Shown: positions 28,508-38,362 of the stretch, one piece after another
How the letters are laid out: each line of letters begins with the position of its first letter
How positions within the stretch are numbered: position 1 is the stretch's first letter
NCBI GenBank assembly: GCA_963812155.1
Contig: CAWETW010000002.1
Location: 64,001-128,000 of the forward strand
Length of the DNA stretch: 64,000 nt
Direction of reading: 5' to 3'
Source of the DNA: Vulcanimicrobiota bacterium
GTDB lineage: Bacteria > Vulcanimicrobiota > Vulcanimicrobiia > Vulcanimicrobiales > Vulcanimicrobiaceae
Notes under the pieces: generated by a model
Database searches by the model: none
The model's input: the letters and a program-made list of their open reading frames with translations, nothing else
Told to the model about the DNA's origin: nothing
Program-made: the position numbers and the translations under genes

Positions 28508-28536
28508 ATAGTATTCGATATATCGGAACTTGTCAA
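28508..28536 (-). promoter_or_regulatory. Sigma70 promoter of padR-MATE with a palindromic operator in the spacer
   Basis: TTGACA (28536-28531), 17 nt, TACTAT (28513-28508). Palindrome CGATATATCG at 28516-28525. ATG is 8 nt past the -10. Confidence 0.8.
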
Positions 28537-28591
28537 GATAGGTCGCTTTCAAGTCTCAAGTGACGCCCGGCAGAACGCCGAAGAGGGCCGC

Positions 28592-28867
28592 ATGCGCCTC
28601 GATCGCTTTCTCAAGGTCTCTCGTCTTTCGAAACGGCGCAGCGAAGCGCACGAGGCGAGCGAGCATGGGCGGATCACCAAGGACGGCAAGCCGCTCAAGC
28701 CGGGATACCAGGTGAAGGCGGGAGACGTCCTCGAGATCCACTATGCGACGCGCTTCGTCACCGTTGTGGTGCGCGAGGTTCCATTGCGCATGACGCCGCG
28801 CGTGCACGCTGCCGAGCTGTACGAGATCGTCACGACGCGCAAAGACGAGCCCGCCGACTGGATATGA
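28592..28867 (+). CDS. S4-domain RNA-binding protein (YabO/RqcP/Hsp15-like)
   Basis: MRLDRFLKVSRLSKRRSEA...KPGYQVKAGD. Confidence 0.85.
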   Translation: MRLDRFLKVSRLSKRRSEAHEASEHGRITKDGKPLKPGYQVKAGDVLEIHYATRFVTVVVREVPLRMTPRVHAAELYEIVTTRKDEPADWI

Positions 28868-29739
28868 TTTCCGCCGATACCAAAGACGCGCTCGCACGCG
28901 ACGTGCCCCCCGAAACGCACTGTCGCGACGCGCTGCTGCGCGGCCTCGTGCTCTACGGTGCGCGCAGAGAACGCACCGAGTTCGTCACCCATCGCAACGC
29001 GGTCGCGCGTCTGTTTTGGTCGCTTCTGGACAGCGATCGCAAATCGTATCCAATCGAAACGCGCGACGCAACTCGCCTCGGCCGTTTACCGACGTTCGCC
29101 ATTGCGATCCCCGAACGTCTGCGCGCATTCGCACCGAAGCCGGCGCATCGCTGCGACCGGCTGATGGAGATTCGTGCGGCGTTCTTGGCGTGCGGATCGT
29201 TGGCCGCCGGCGTCCACGGCTACCATCTCGAGTTCGTCGTTCCCTCCGCCGGCGAGGCGGCGCGTTTGGAATGGACGCTCAATAGCGCCGGCGTCGCTCC
29301 GAAGGTTACGCTACGCAAGGCACGCCGCGTCGTCTACTACAAGAACTTCGATGCCATCGTGGAACTGCTGACGCTCATAGGCGCGTTCGCCGCGGTATTG
29401 CACCTCGAAGACGTGCGCGCGTTGCGGGAAACGAAAAATCGCATTCACCGCCTGGTCAACACCGAGGCGGCAAACCTGGAACGCACCGCCGTGGCGGCAG
29501 CCGCGCAACGCCGCGTCATCGAGTACCTCGAGAACGCGTACGGCTTGCGCCGGCTCTCTCCCGCGCTGCGAGAAATAGCGGAGCTGCGAATCTCGTACCC
29601 CGACGAATCGCTCGCCGAACTCGGTCGCCGCTGCAATCCGCACATTACGAAGCCCACCGTCAGCAGCCGGCTGGCGGCACTCGCGCGCTTGGCCGAGCGG
29701 CTGCACAGGGGGCAGGGGCCAACCACGCGCGCCGGGTAA
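28864..29739 (+). CDS. whiA: DNA-binding protein WhiA
   Basis: FLACGSL, YHLEF, NRIHRLVNTEAANL, SLAELG; upstream of gap. Confidence 0.9.
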   Translation: MISADTKDALARDVPPETHCRDALLRGLVLYGARRERTEFVTHRNAVARLFWSLLDSDRKSYPIETRDATRLGRLPTFAIAIPERLRAFAPKPAHRCDRLMEIRAAFLACGSLAAGVHGYHLEFVVPSAGEAARLEWTLNSAGVAPKVTLRKARRVVYYKNFDAIVELLTLIGAFAAVLHLEDVRALRETKNRIHRLVNTEAANLERTAVAAAAQRRVIEYLENAYGLRRLSPALREIAELRISYPDESLAELGRRCNPHITKPTVSSRLAALARLAERLHRGQGPTTRAG

Positions 29740-29774
29740 CACCGAAACCCTCACGTTTGCTTACGGAGTCCTGC

Positions 29775-30791
29775 ATGCGCATCGGTATCAACGGTTTCGG
29801 CCGCATAGGAAGAAACTTCGCGAAGGCGTTGATCGAACGCCATCCCGGCGTCGAGATTGCCGCCGTGAACGATCTCACCAGCGCCGCTGAGTGCGCGCAC
29901 CTGTTCAAGTACGACAGTAACTACGGAACGTATTCGGGCGACGTCTCGGCCGACGGCGACGAACTCGTCATCGACGACCGTCGCATCAAGGTAATGGCCG
30001 AGCGCGACCCGGCAAAGTTACCGTGGAAACGCCTCGGCGCCGACGTCGTCATCGAATCGACCGGTCTGTTTACCGACGCTGCCAAAGCGCGCGCGCACAT
30101 CGACGGCGGCGGCGCCAAGAAAGTGTTGATTTCGGCGCCGGCCAAGGGCGAAGACATCACGGTCGTGCTCGGCGTGAACGACGGCGCTTACGACCCCGCC
30201 AAGCACGACGTCATCTCGAATGCGTCGTGCACGACGAACTGCCTCGCGACTGCGGTCAAGCCGATCGTCGATCATCTCGGGTGGGTCAAGGGATTCATGA
30301 CGACGATTCACTCCTATACGAACGATCAGAACATTCTCGACGCCCCGCATAAGGACTTACGCCGAGCCCGCAACGCCGCCACCAACATCATTCCAACCTC
30401 AACCGGAGCCGCTAAGGCTCTCTACTTGACGATTCCGGAGGTCGAGGGAACGTTCGACGGATTCTCCTTGCGCGTTCCGACCCCGACCGTTTCGATGATC
30501 TATCTCGTCGCGCAAACCAAGAAGCCGACCACGCGTCAGGAACTCAACGCCATCCTGCGCCGCGCCGCCGAAAACGAGCTCCGCGAATACGTGGGGTATA
30601 CCGAAAAGGAACTGGTCTCGAGCGATTTCAAACGGGATCCGCACAGTTCGATTATCGACGGGAAGTTGACCAACGCGCTGGGCGACCTCATTCAAATCGG
30701 CGCGTGGTACGACAACGAGTGGGGCTATTCGTGCCGCTTGGCCGATTTGACCGCCGTCGTCCTCGAGAAGCTTCCAGTCGCCGCGCCGTAG
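29775..30791 (+). CDS. gap: Type I glyceraldehyde-3-phosphate dehydrogenase
   Basis: GINGFGRIGR, SNASCTTNCLA, WYDNEWGYS. Confidence 0.97.
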   Translation: MRIGINGFGRIGRNFAKALIERHPGVEIAAVNDLTSAAECAHLFKYDSNYGTYSGDVSADGDELVIDDRRIKVMAERDPAKLPWKRLGADVVIESTGLFTDAAKARAHIDGGGAKKVLISAPAKGEDITVVLGVNDGAYDPAKHDVISNASCTTNCLATAVKPIVDHLGWVKGFMTTIHSYTNDQNILDAPHKDLRRARNAATNIIPTSTGAAKALYLTIPEVEGTFDGFSLRVPTPTVSMIYLVAQTKKPTTRQELNAILRRAAENELREYVGYTEKELVSSDFKRDPHSSIIDGKLTNALGDLIQIGAWYDNEWGYSCRLADLTAVVLEKLPVAAP

Positions 30792-30800
30792 GCGCTCGCC

Positions 30801-31982
30801 GTGAGCGTTGCGAAGGTCGAAGATCTTGGGGTGCGCGGCAAGCGCGTGCTGGTTCGCGAGGATCTCAACGTCCCGATGAACGGCACGGCGATTGCCGACT
30901 ACACCCGCGTCGATGCCGCGATTCCCACGCTAAAGCTCCTGCTCGATCGCGGGGCGCGCGTCGCCATCCTCTCGCATCTGGGGCGGCCCGATGGTAAGCC
31001 CGACCGCGCGCTGTCGCTGCGTCCGGTGGCCGGCGCACTCTCCGAGCGACTCCACGTGCCGGTTGCATTCGCCGGCGATTGCGTCGGTGACGTCGCGCGC
31101 CGCGCCGTCGACGCGCTCGAGGACGGCCAGGCCGTCCTACTCGAAAACGTGCGGTTTCATCCGGAAGAGGAACGCAACGATCCGGCGTTCGCGAAGCGTT
31201 TGGCCGATCTCGGCGATCTCTACGTCAACGACGCGTTCGGCACCGCCCACCGGGCGCACGCATCGACCGAGGGCATCGCGCACCTGTTGCCGAGCGCTGC
31301 CGGACTCCTGATGGAAGCCGAGCTGCATGCGCTCTCGAGTCTGGTTGAAAATCCCGCCAAACCGTTCGTCTGCGCGATCGGCGGAGCGAAGGTCAAAGAC
31401 AAAATCGGCGTCTTCAACCGCCTCATGCAACTCGTCGACGCGTTCTGCATCGGCGGCGGCATGGCCAATACGTTTCTCTCCGCGCTCGGCGTCCACGTCG
31501 GAAAATCGCTGTGCGACCCCGACCCCGAGCCGGCGATCTACGTGTTCGAACGCGCAAGGCTTCAGCACGTCGAACTGCTCCTTCCCAAGGATGCCGTCGT
31601 GGCGCCGTCACTGGATTCGCCGGAAACGCGCATCGTCGATATCGGCGACGTCGGCGATGCGATGATCCTCGACATCGGGCCGGCGACCGCCGCTGCCTAC
31701 GCCGCGGCGATCGAGCAGGCAAAAACGATCGTCTTCAATGGTCCGATGGGGGTCTATGAGAACCCGCACTATCGCAGCGGCACGCAAGCGGTCGGCGATG
31801 CCATCGCGCGCGCGACGTCGCACGGTGCGATCAGCGTCGTCGGAGGCGGCGATGCGGCGGCCGCGGCGCACCTGCTCGGATTTGCCGGCAAGATGACGCA
31901 CGTCTCGACCGGCGGCGGCGCGACGCTGGAATTTTTGGAAGGCAAAACGTTGCCCGGCGTCGCGGCGCTGGAGTCGCCTTGA
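30801..31982 (+). CDS. pgk: Phosphoglycerate kinase
   Basis: [34 protein letters not shown]. Confidence 0.97.
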   Translation: MSVAKVEDLGVRGKRVLVREDLNVPMNGTAIADYTRVDAAIPTLKLLLDRGARVAILSHLGRPDGKPDRALSLRPVAGALSERLHVPVAFAGDCVGDVARRAVDALEDGQAVLLENVRFHPEEERNDPAFAKRLADLGDLYVNDAFGTAHRAHASTEGIAHLLPSAAGLLMEAELHALSSLVENPAKPFVCAIGGAKVKDKIGVFNRLMQLVDAFCIGGGMANTFLSALGVHVGKSLCDPDPEPAIYVFERARLQHVELLLPKDAVVAPSLDSPETRIVDIGDVGDAMILDIGPATAAAYAAAIEQAKTIVFNGPMGVYENPHYRSGTQAVGDAIARATSHGAISVVGGGDAAAAAHLLGFAGKMTHVSTGGGATLEFLEGKTLPGVAALESP

Positions 31983-32722
31983 CGCGCACGATCGTGGCCG
32001 CAAACTGGAAGATGCACAAGACGGCCGCACAGACGGCTGCCTTCTTCGACGCGTTCTTACCCGCCGTTGCGTCGGTTCCACCGGAGATCGAAATCGTCGT
32101 CGCACCCCCGTTCACGTCCCTTCCGGAAGCGTGGCGCCACGTTCGCGGAACGCGGGTCCGGCTGGGCGCGCAGACGATGCATTGGGAACTCGAAGGCGCC
32201 TTCACCGGTGAAGTGAGTGCGCCGATGCTGCTGGAATTCGGCGTCTCGCACGTGATCCTCGGACATTCGGAGCGGCGCACGTATTGCGACGAAACCGATC
32301 GCAGCGTGAACCGCAAAGTGCACACCGCGCTCGCACAAGGATTGACGCCGATCGTTGCCGTCGGCGAAACCAACGCCGAACGCGAGGCCGGTCATACCGA
32401 CGAGCGGGTCGTCTCGCAGACGCGCGCGGCCTTTGCCGGCGTGCCGGCGGCAGACCTCGCGCGCGTCGTGATGGCCTACGAACCGATCTGGGCGATCGGC
32501 ACCGGCCGCAACTGCGACGCCGATGAAGCCGACCGCGTGATGGCGCTCATTCGTCGCTCGCTCGACGGACTGGCGCAGACGCCGCTGCTCTATGGCGGCA
32601 GCATGAATGCCGGCAACGTCGCCGCGTACGTTCGTAAAGCGAACGTCAACGGGGGATTGGTCGGCGGCGCGTCGCTCGATCCAGCCGGCTTCGCGACCCT
32701 CGCAGCTAACGCCGCAGAATGA
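31979..32722 (+). CDS. tpiA: Triosephosphate isomerase
   Basis: [29 protein letters not shown]. Confidence 0.97.
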   Translation: MTRTIVAANWKMHKTAAQTAAFFDAFLPAVASVPPEIEIVVAPPFTSLPEAWRHVRGTRVRLGAQTMHWELEGAFTGEVSAPMLLEFGVSHVILGHSERRTYCDETDRSVNRKVHTALAQGLTPIVAVGETNAEREAGHTDERVVSQTRAAFAGVPAADLARVVMAYEPIWAIGTGRNCDADEADRVMALIRRSLDGLAQTPLLYGGSMNAGNVAAYVRKANVNGGLVGGASLDPAGFATLAANAAE

Positions 32723-34315
32723 AGTTTCGGCCCGTCATCATCGCCGTGCTCGACGGATGGGGCTGCAGCGACGCAACCCATGGAAACGCCGTCGCCGCCG
32801 CAGAGCTTCCGCATTGGCGCGCCCTGTTCGATCGCTATCCGTGGACGACGCTGGTGGCGTCCGGCGAAGCCGTCGGCCTTCCGAAAGGCATCATGGGCAA
32901 CAGCGAGGTCGGGCACACCAATCTCGGCAGCGGACGCGTCGTCGCGCAGGGACAGGTGCTCATCGACGATGCAATCGCGAACGGCGATTTTGCGCGCAAT
33001 GCGGTCCTGCAGCAGTGCATCGCGCACGTTGCGCGCACCGGGGGCACGCTGCACCTCATGGGGTTGCTCTCCGACGGCCGCGTGCACAGTTCGCTCGAGC
33101 CATCTTTTCGCGCTGATCGATGCAGCGGTCGCTGCACGCGTTCCGCTGGCTGTGGATTGCTTTCTCGACGGGCGCGACACGCCGCCGCGCTCGGCGCTTC
33201 AATACGTCGACCGCTTGGAGAAACATCTCGCAGAACAAGACCGCACGGGCGCGATCGCGAGCGTCTGCGGACGCTACTACGCGATGGATCGCGACAAGCG
33301 TTGGGAACGCACGCAACGAGCGTACGCCGCGCTGACGTCGGGACGCGGCGAACGTCACGCAGCCTCGGCGCGCGACGCCGTCGAGGCCGCCTACGCCCGC
33401 GGTGAAGACGATGAGTTCGCCACGCCGGCGATCGTCGGCGATCCGCGACCGGTCAAAGACGGCGACGCCTGCATCTTCTTCAACTTTCGGCCGGATCGCG
33501 CGCGGCAGCTCACGACCGCGTTCGACGCCGGCATCCAGGCCTATCGCGGCGCGCCGTTCGACGAATTCGAACCGGTTGCGTATCGCGACGTGCTCTTCGC
33601 TACGATGACGAAGTACGAAGAAGACTATCCCAATCCGGTGCTCTTCGGACCGCGACCGCAACACGACACCTTCGGTGAGATCGTGGCACGCGCCGGGCTG
33701 CGTCAACTTCGGCTCGCCGAAACCGAGAAGTACGCGCACGTCACCTACTTCTTCAACGGCGGTCGAGAGGAGCGGTTCGCCGGCGAAGACCGGCGGCTGA
33801 TTCCCTCGGACCGGTCGGTGGCGACCTACGATCTCGCGCCTGCCATGCGCGCGGCTGAAATCACCGATACCGCCGTCGAGGCGATCGACGGCGGCGAGTA
33901 CGACGTCATCGTGATGAATTACGCCAACGCCGACATGGTCGGTCACACGGGAAAATGGGAGCCGACGATCCGCGCGCTCGAGATTCTCGACGGCTGCCTG
34001 CATCGGCTCGTCGAAGCAACGCTCCGTGCCGGAGGTCTACTGGTCATCACCGCCGATCACGGCAATGCCGAAGAGAAGATCGATGCCGGCGGAAATCCGC
34101 TGACGGCGCACACGACCAATCGCGTTCCGCTGATCTTCGTCGCGTGCGGCCTCGAAGGCACGCTCGAAGAAGGAAAACTGGGCGACGTCGCGCCGACGGT
34201 ACTGCGTCTCATGGATCTTCCCGTCCCGCCCGCCATGACGGGCAAGAATCTTTTTACGCCGGACGCTCAAATCTCAGGCGGTCCTATGGATACTTCCAGA
34301 ACCGTACCAGGTTGA
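32719..34315 (+). CDS. gpmI: 2,3-bisphosphoglycerate-independent phosphoglycerate mutase, with one extra base at ~33100 (probable assembly error)
   Basis: LDGWG and MGNSEVGH in the first frame; DGRDT, GRYYAMDRD, ETEKYAHVT, DMVGHTG, TADHGN in the second. GAG-C-CAT has one extra C. Confidence 0.93.
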
Positions 34316-34352
34316 CGTGATGTAATCGGAACACTCGAAGGGAGAGTGTTCG

Positions 34353-34469
34353 ATGCGCAAGCGGGTCGCGGAATGTCTCGACGAAGTCGCAATCGCCAAA
34401 GTCATGGTGTCCTTCGTCTTCCTGGGAGCGGGCACGGTGGCGGTTGCGCTCGCCGCCCACGTTCGCTGA
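34353..34469 (+). CDS. Small single-TM protein (38 aa), not in the ORF track
   Basis: SD-like GAAGGGAGAG upstream; MRKRVAECLDEVAIAKVMVSFVFLGAGTVAVALAAHVR. Confidence 0.5.
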   Translation: MRKRVAECLDEVAIAKVMVSFVFLGAGTVAVALAAHVR

Positions 34470-34483
34470 GGAGTAGCCGGCGT

Positions 34484-34792
34484 TCATGCATCGACACGAT
34501 AACTGCCGCTTGCATCCACGTGCACCCGCCGGCCGGATACGATGATGCAGCGAAGGCGATGGTCCCACACGGTGAGGACTGCGACGACGGCGGGCGCGAG
34601 GCGCTCCAGCAAACGGCGCGCGCGCTGCGATAAGGCAACGGCGTCGCGCACCCAGCGCGGATGGTCGTGCGGCAACCCGGTGGTTTCGAGATCGGTTTCG
34701 GCGACCGCGGGTACGATGGGCTCCGAAGCGCGCGCCCCGCCCGTCGCGGCGAGCGTTGCGGCGACCTCTTCAGGTTCAATCCGCCGCAGCAT
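34484..34792 (-). CDS. Hypothetical protein (102 aa) downstream of fliA
   Basis: ATG 34792 (MLRRIEPEE) overlaps the fliA 3' end; the ORF fills the gap. Confidence 0.5.
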   Translation of the reverse strand: MLRRIEPEEVAATLAATGGARASEPIVPAVAETDLETTGLPHDHPRWVRDAVALSQRARRLLERLAPAVVAVLTVWDHRLRCIIVSGRRVHVDASGSYRVDA

Positions 34793-35456
34793 ACGCCCCG
34801 GCACGCAGTTTAGCGAGCGCTGCGAGATGGAGTTGCGAGGCGCGCTGTGGAGATATCGCCATCTGTTTGCCGATCGCACGCAGCGAGCGTCCGCGATAGT
34901 AGTGTGCGAGCACGACGTCGCGCTGCCGTTGCGGAAGCCGGTCGACGAGCGCGTACAGGGCGTCGCTGCGGTTGCGCGATGCGAGAATGCGCGCGGGATC
35001 GTCGCTCCAGTCGCCCGCCAGCGTTTCGCCCTGCGGGAGCGGTGCGTCGAGCGACAGCGGCTGTCCGCAATGCGCCGCGGCCATCGCACGCAGATATCCG
35101 GGGCGGCGCCGATCGATTTCCGCGGCGGCCGGAATCTCGCCGCGTTCCACCGCCAAGCCGTACCGCTCGTTTTCGGCGTCCCGCACGATGCGCCGCGCCC
35201 GCTCAGAAACGGGATCCATGCGACGTATGCCGTTGAGCATCGCACCGACGACGAGCCGCCGCGCGTACTGCTGCAACGTCGGACCGCGCGCGGGGTCGAA
35301 CGAATCGACGGCGCGAATTAACCCAATGCTGCCGTCACCCACCAAATCGTCGAGGTCGAATCCGGGCACGAGACGCTTAATGCGCCGAGCGATGCGTTTG
35401 ACGTAAGGCAACAGCGTGCGAATCGTCCGCTCGCGGGTCGCCTCAGCCTGATTCAT
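34776..35456 (-). CDS. fliA: FliA/WhiG-family (sigma-28) RNA polymerase sigma factor
   Basis: LLPYVKRIA, DDLVGDGSIGLIRAVDSFDP, GAMLNGIRRMD, ISPQRASQLH; adjacent to flagellar rod genes. Confidence 0.8.
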   Translation of the reverse strand: MNQAEATRERTIRTLLPYVKRIARRIKRLVPGFDLDDLVGDGSIGLIRAVDSFDPARGPTLQQYARRLVVGAMLNGIRRMDPVSERARRIVRDAENERYGLAVERGEIPAAAEIDRRRPGYLRAMAAAHCGQPLSLDAPLPQGETLAGDWSDDPARILASRNRSDALYALVDRLPQRQRDVVLAHYYRGRSLRAIGKQMAISPQRASQLHLAALAKLRAGAYAAAD

Positions 35457-35641
35457 CAATCCTGCTCCAGAGCCGTACCGATGAGCCGTGCGAAAGCGCT
35501 CCCGTCTTTCTCGGCGATCTCGCGCGCAAGTAAATTGAGACCGTACCCTCCGAACTCGCCGAACGCTGCGTTCAGCGGCTGCAGCACCGGTTCCAGCAGC
35601 ATCGCTTCGAACGCCGCTCCGGCTCTCGCGGCGTTATCCAC
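35456..35641 (-). CDS. Short FlgJ-like rod-binding protein (61 aa)
   Basis: GTG 35641 overlaps the flgG end. AAFEAMLLEPVL...REIAEKDG resembles the FlgJ N-terminal domain. Confidence 0.55.
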   Translation of the reverse strand: MDNAARAGAAFEAMLLEPVLQPLNAAFGEFGGYGLNLLAREIAEKDGSAFARLIGTALEQD

Positions 35642-36362
35642 GTTGTAAGTTGTTGGCAATACGAAGCATCTCGTCCGCGGCTTGTACGCCTTTCGCGTTT
35701 GCTTCATACGCGCGCTGCGCCGAGAGAATTTGCATCATCGCTTCGACGATGGATACGTTCGAGCGCTCGAGCATTCCGAAGCGGACCTTCGGGCCGTTCT
35801 CCGACCCGGGAACCACCAAACGCACGCGTCCGGCCTCCGGCGTCGCGGCAAACGACGCACCGCCTGTGTTTCGCAGGCGGTCGGACGCGGGAAACACGGC
35901 GATGCGGATGCGTCCAATCGCGCGCGTTGCCGCGGCAAACGTGGCGCGCACGCTGCCGTCGTCCCCGACTTGCAGCGAAAGCGCGTCGGCGGGAACGCGG
36001 AGGCCGTCGAGGCGAAGGCCGTCTGCATTGCGCAGCGTCCCATCCGCGGCGCGCTCGAACTCACCGTCGCGCGTGTACGCGCGGCGACCGGCGCCGTCGA
36101 TGACGCTGAAGAATCCCGGCCCGTCGATGGCGAGGTCGAACGCGCCGCCGCTCTTTGCAAGTTTTCCCTGCGTCATGAGGAGGCGCGCACCGAGCGCGAC
36201 CGTCCCGAGCCCCGATTCTCCCGCCGCCGCCAACTCGGCAAAGTGCTGCGCCGATCCCTTGAAGCCGGCGACGTCGGCGTTGGCGAGATTGTCGGCGATC
36301 GTATCCAGGTTCTGCTGTTGAGCCGCCATGCCGCTGGCGGCGGCCGACAACGCGCGATCCAT
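35634..36362 (-). CDS. flgG: Flagellar basal-body rod protein FlgG
   Basis: SGMAAQQQNLDTIADNLANA, DLAIDGPGFF, YTRDGEF, LERSNVSIVEAM, QRAYEAN. Confidence 0.85.
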   Translation of the reverse strand: MDRALSAAASGMAAQQQNLDTIADNLANADVAGFKGSAQHFAELAAAGESGLGTVALGARLLMTQGKLAKSGGAFDLAIDGPGFFSVIDGAGRRAYTRDGEFERAADGTLRNADGLRLDGLRVPADALSLQVGDDGSVRATFAAATRAIGRIRIAVFPASDRLRNTGGASFAATPEAGRVRLVVPGSENGPKVRFGMLERSNVSIVEAMMQILSAQRAYEANAKGVQAADEMLRIANNLQRG

Positions 36363-36366
36363 GCGT

Positions 36367-36984
36367 CTACTTCACGCGCGCGACGTCGGTCGCGGATTTC
36401 TCGCGCGTCTTGTCGATCGACGAAACGACCTTCTGCGCGCTTTCGAACGAACGCTCCGCCGACATCACGTCGACCATTTCGTGGATGGCGTCGACGCTCG
36501 CCGATTCGAGAAAACCGCTGCGAAGCGTGGACCCGGCGGGAAGCGGAATGCGCCCGATCACCGCTCCTGCGGCATCGAGCGCGCACCCGCGCTCGTCGAA
36601 GCGCACCGCTTCGGGAACGCGAATCGCTCGTACTCCCGCCATGAGTTTTCGCCCGGAAGCATCGCTCAGCGTGCCGTCGCGTTCGCGGGTGAAGGATCCG
36701 GCGCGCGTACCGGTTCGGGCGCCGCCGGAAGCCTCGACCTCAAAACTGCCGGGACCGACGATCGACAGGTCGAGATCGCGCCCGGTGCGTTGCAACGGTC
36801 CGCGCCCCGCCGGGTCGATGCGGCGCGCGACGTTCACGCCTTCGGCCGTCAGCCTTCCTTGCGCGACGACGCGCGCGAATCCGTCGGTCGAAACGTTGGC
36901 CAAGTTTGCGGTCGCGATCTCGAGGCGCGTGCGCGCGGCGACCATTGCGCTGCCGGCCCATGCAATTCCGTCCATGGAGCGCAT
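36367..36984 (-). CDS. flgF: Flagellar rod protein, FlgF-like (short, 205 aa)
   Basis: ANLANVSTDGF, TGRDLDLSI, TRAGSF, GFLESASVDAIHEMVDVM. Confidence 0.7.
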   Translation of the reverse strand: MRSMDGIAWAGSAMVAARTRLEIATANLANVSTDGFARVVAQGRLTAEGVNVARRIDPAGRGPLQRTGRDLDLSIVGPGSFEVEASGGARTGTRAGSFTRERDGTLSDASGRKLMAGVRAIRVPEAVRFDERGCALDAAGAVIGRIPLPAGSTLRSGFLESASVDAIHEMVDVMSAERSFESAQKVVSSIDKTREKSATDVARVK

Positions 36985-37017
36985 GGTAGCCGCGCGCGTT
37001 GAACGAAACGTGTCCGC

Positions 37018-37389
37018 ATGATAGCGTCCGTGCGGCGCCGCTTCGCCCTGATCGCGTGCGTCTTGCCGTCGCTGGCCGCTTGCTCGTCGCCTTCCGCGCA
37101 CGAACGGACCGTCTCCACCGAGCTTGCGGCGATCGATCCGCTCAAAAAAACCTATTCGGGCGTACTGATGGGCTTCGACGTGCGTGGAGAAACGACGCTC
37201 CTCGCCAGCCTCGATTTACAGGCGTACATCGGTACCGACGACGACACCGACACCGCAATGCGCCGCGCGGTCGTCGAAGGCTGGCGGCGCGCCTGGGCGG
37301 CGGCGCATCCGAACGCGCACGCCACGCTCCACATCCGCTTCATCGATTTCACCGGACGCACGATTGCGGAGAAGACGACGGCCGTTTAA
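37018..37389 (+). CDS. Hypothetical lipoprotein
   Basis: Signal peptide with lipobox LAAC. Confidence 0.65.
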   Translation: MIASVRRRFALIACVLPSLAACSSPSAHERTVSTELAAIDPLKKTYSGVLMGFDVRGETTLLASLDLQAYIGTDDDTDTAMRRAVVEGWRRAWAAAHPNAHATLHIRFIDFTGRTIAEKTTAV

Positions 37390-37417
37390 CGACGCGGCCG
37401 TCGCGACCGCCGCCGCC

Positions 37418-38362
37418 GTGATGGCGTTGACGCTTGCGACGCACGCCGCTCGCTCGCAACCGCCCCAACCCGCCACGGCGCCGCCGTCACCGCCGGTCGC
37501 GCAACTCGGCGTCGAGATACCGACGCTGGGCGGCGGAAACTGGTGGACCGTGTTGCGCCCGCGTTACATCTCGCCGGAGAACATGCAGGACATTCGCGAT
37601 CGTCTCCACGCGAGCTACGTCCGCACGGGCTGGATTCCGAGCCGGCTGCGCCACGAGATTCGTTGGCGCCGCGAAGACGACGGCATGGACGTTGTCTGCG
37701 CGTCCGGCCTTCATCTGATGGCGATCGTTCCGAGCCTCAAGGACGACGATCTCGGCGAGGACGATCTGGTCCAGAACGTGCGCGAGTTCTTCGCGCGATA
37801 CACGCAGCGGTATCCAGGATGCATTCGTTATGCCGAAATCGCCAACGAAGCCGATCTCCAGATCAGTCGCTTCCCGGACGTCGAGGCGTATGCGGAATAC
37901 TACGGCAAGGTCGCGCCGATCGTCGCATCGTTCGGCATTCCCGTCATTACGAGCGGCGTTTCCGGTAAAGATCTGCCGTGGACGTACGCGCTCGCGCACT
38001 TGCTACGGGATGCGGACGCTCCGGTAGACGGATACGGTTTCCACCCCTACGGCGTCGCCATCGGCGATCTCGCCGGCGCGACCAACGCGATCGCACGCGC
38101 CGCCGCGGTGCGGCAAGACGCCTCTTTACCGAGCGTGTACGTGACCGAAATCGGGCAATCGGACGCGCGCGATCTGTACGCGACGATCGTCGAGCTCGCG
38201 CGCCTGACGCCCGCGATCACGATCTACGAATATGCGGCGCAGCCGGGCGAAGACCCGCGTTATGGATTGAAGAACAATCCCGCGCTCTATGCTGCGGTGC
38301 AGCGCGCGTGGTCGGCGCTGCATGGCGGCACCTGCGGCCACACCGGGCGTGCGGGCCACTAG
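37418..38362 (+). CDS. Secreted clan GH-A glycoside hydrolase-like protein (start uncertain)
   Basis: EIANEAD (acid/base), GFHPYG, VYVTEIG (nucleophile). Confidence 0.65.
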   Translation: MMALTLATHAARSQPPQPATAPPSPPVAQLGVEIPTLGGGNWWTVLRPRYISPENMQDIRDRLHASYVRTGWIPSRLRHEIRWRREDDGMDVVCASGLHLMAIVPSLKDDDLGEDDLVQNVREFFARYTQRYPGCIRYAEIANEADLQISRFPDVEAYAEYYGKVAPIVASFGIPVITSGVSGKDLPWTYALAHLLRDADAPVDGYGFHPYGVAIGDLAGATNAIARAAAVRQDASLPSVYVTEIGQSDARDLYATIVELARLTPAITIYEYAAQPGEDPRYGLKNNPALYAAVQRAWSALHGGTCGHTGRAGH

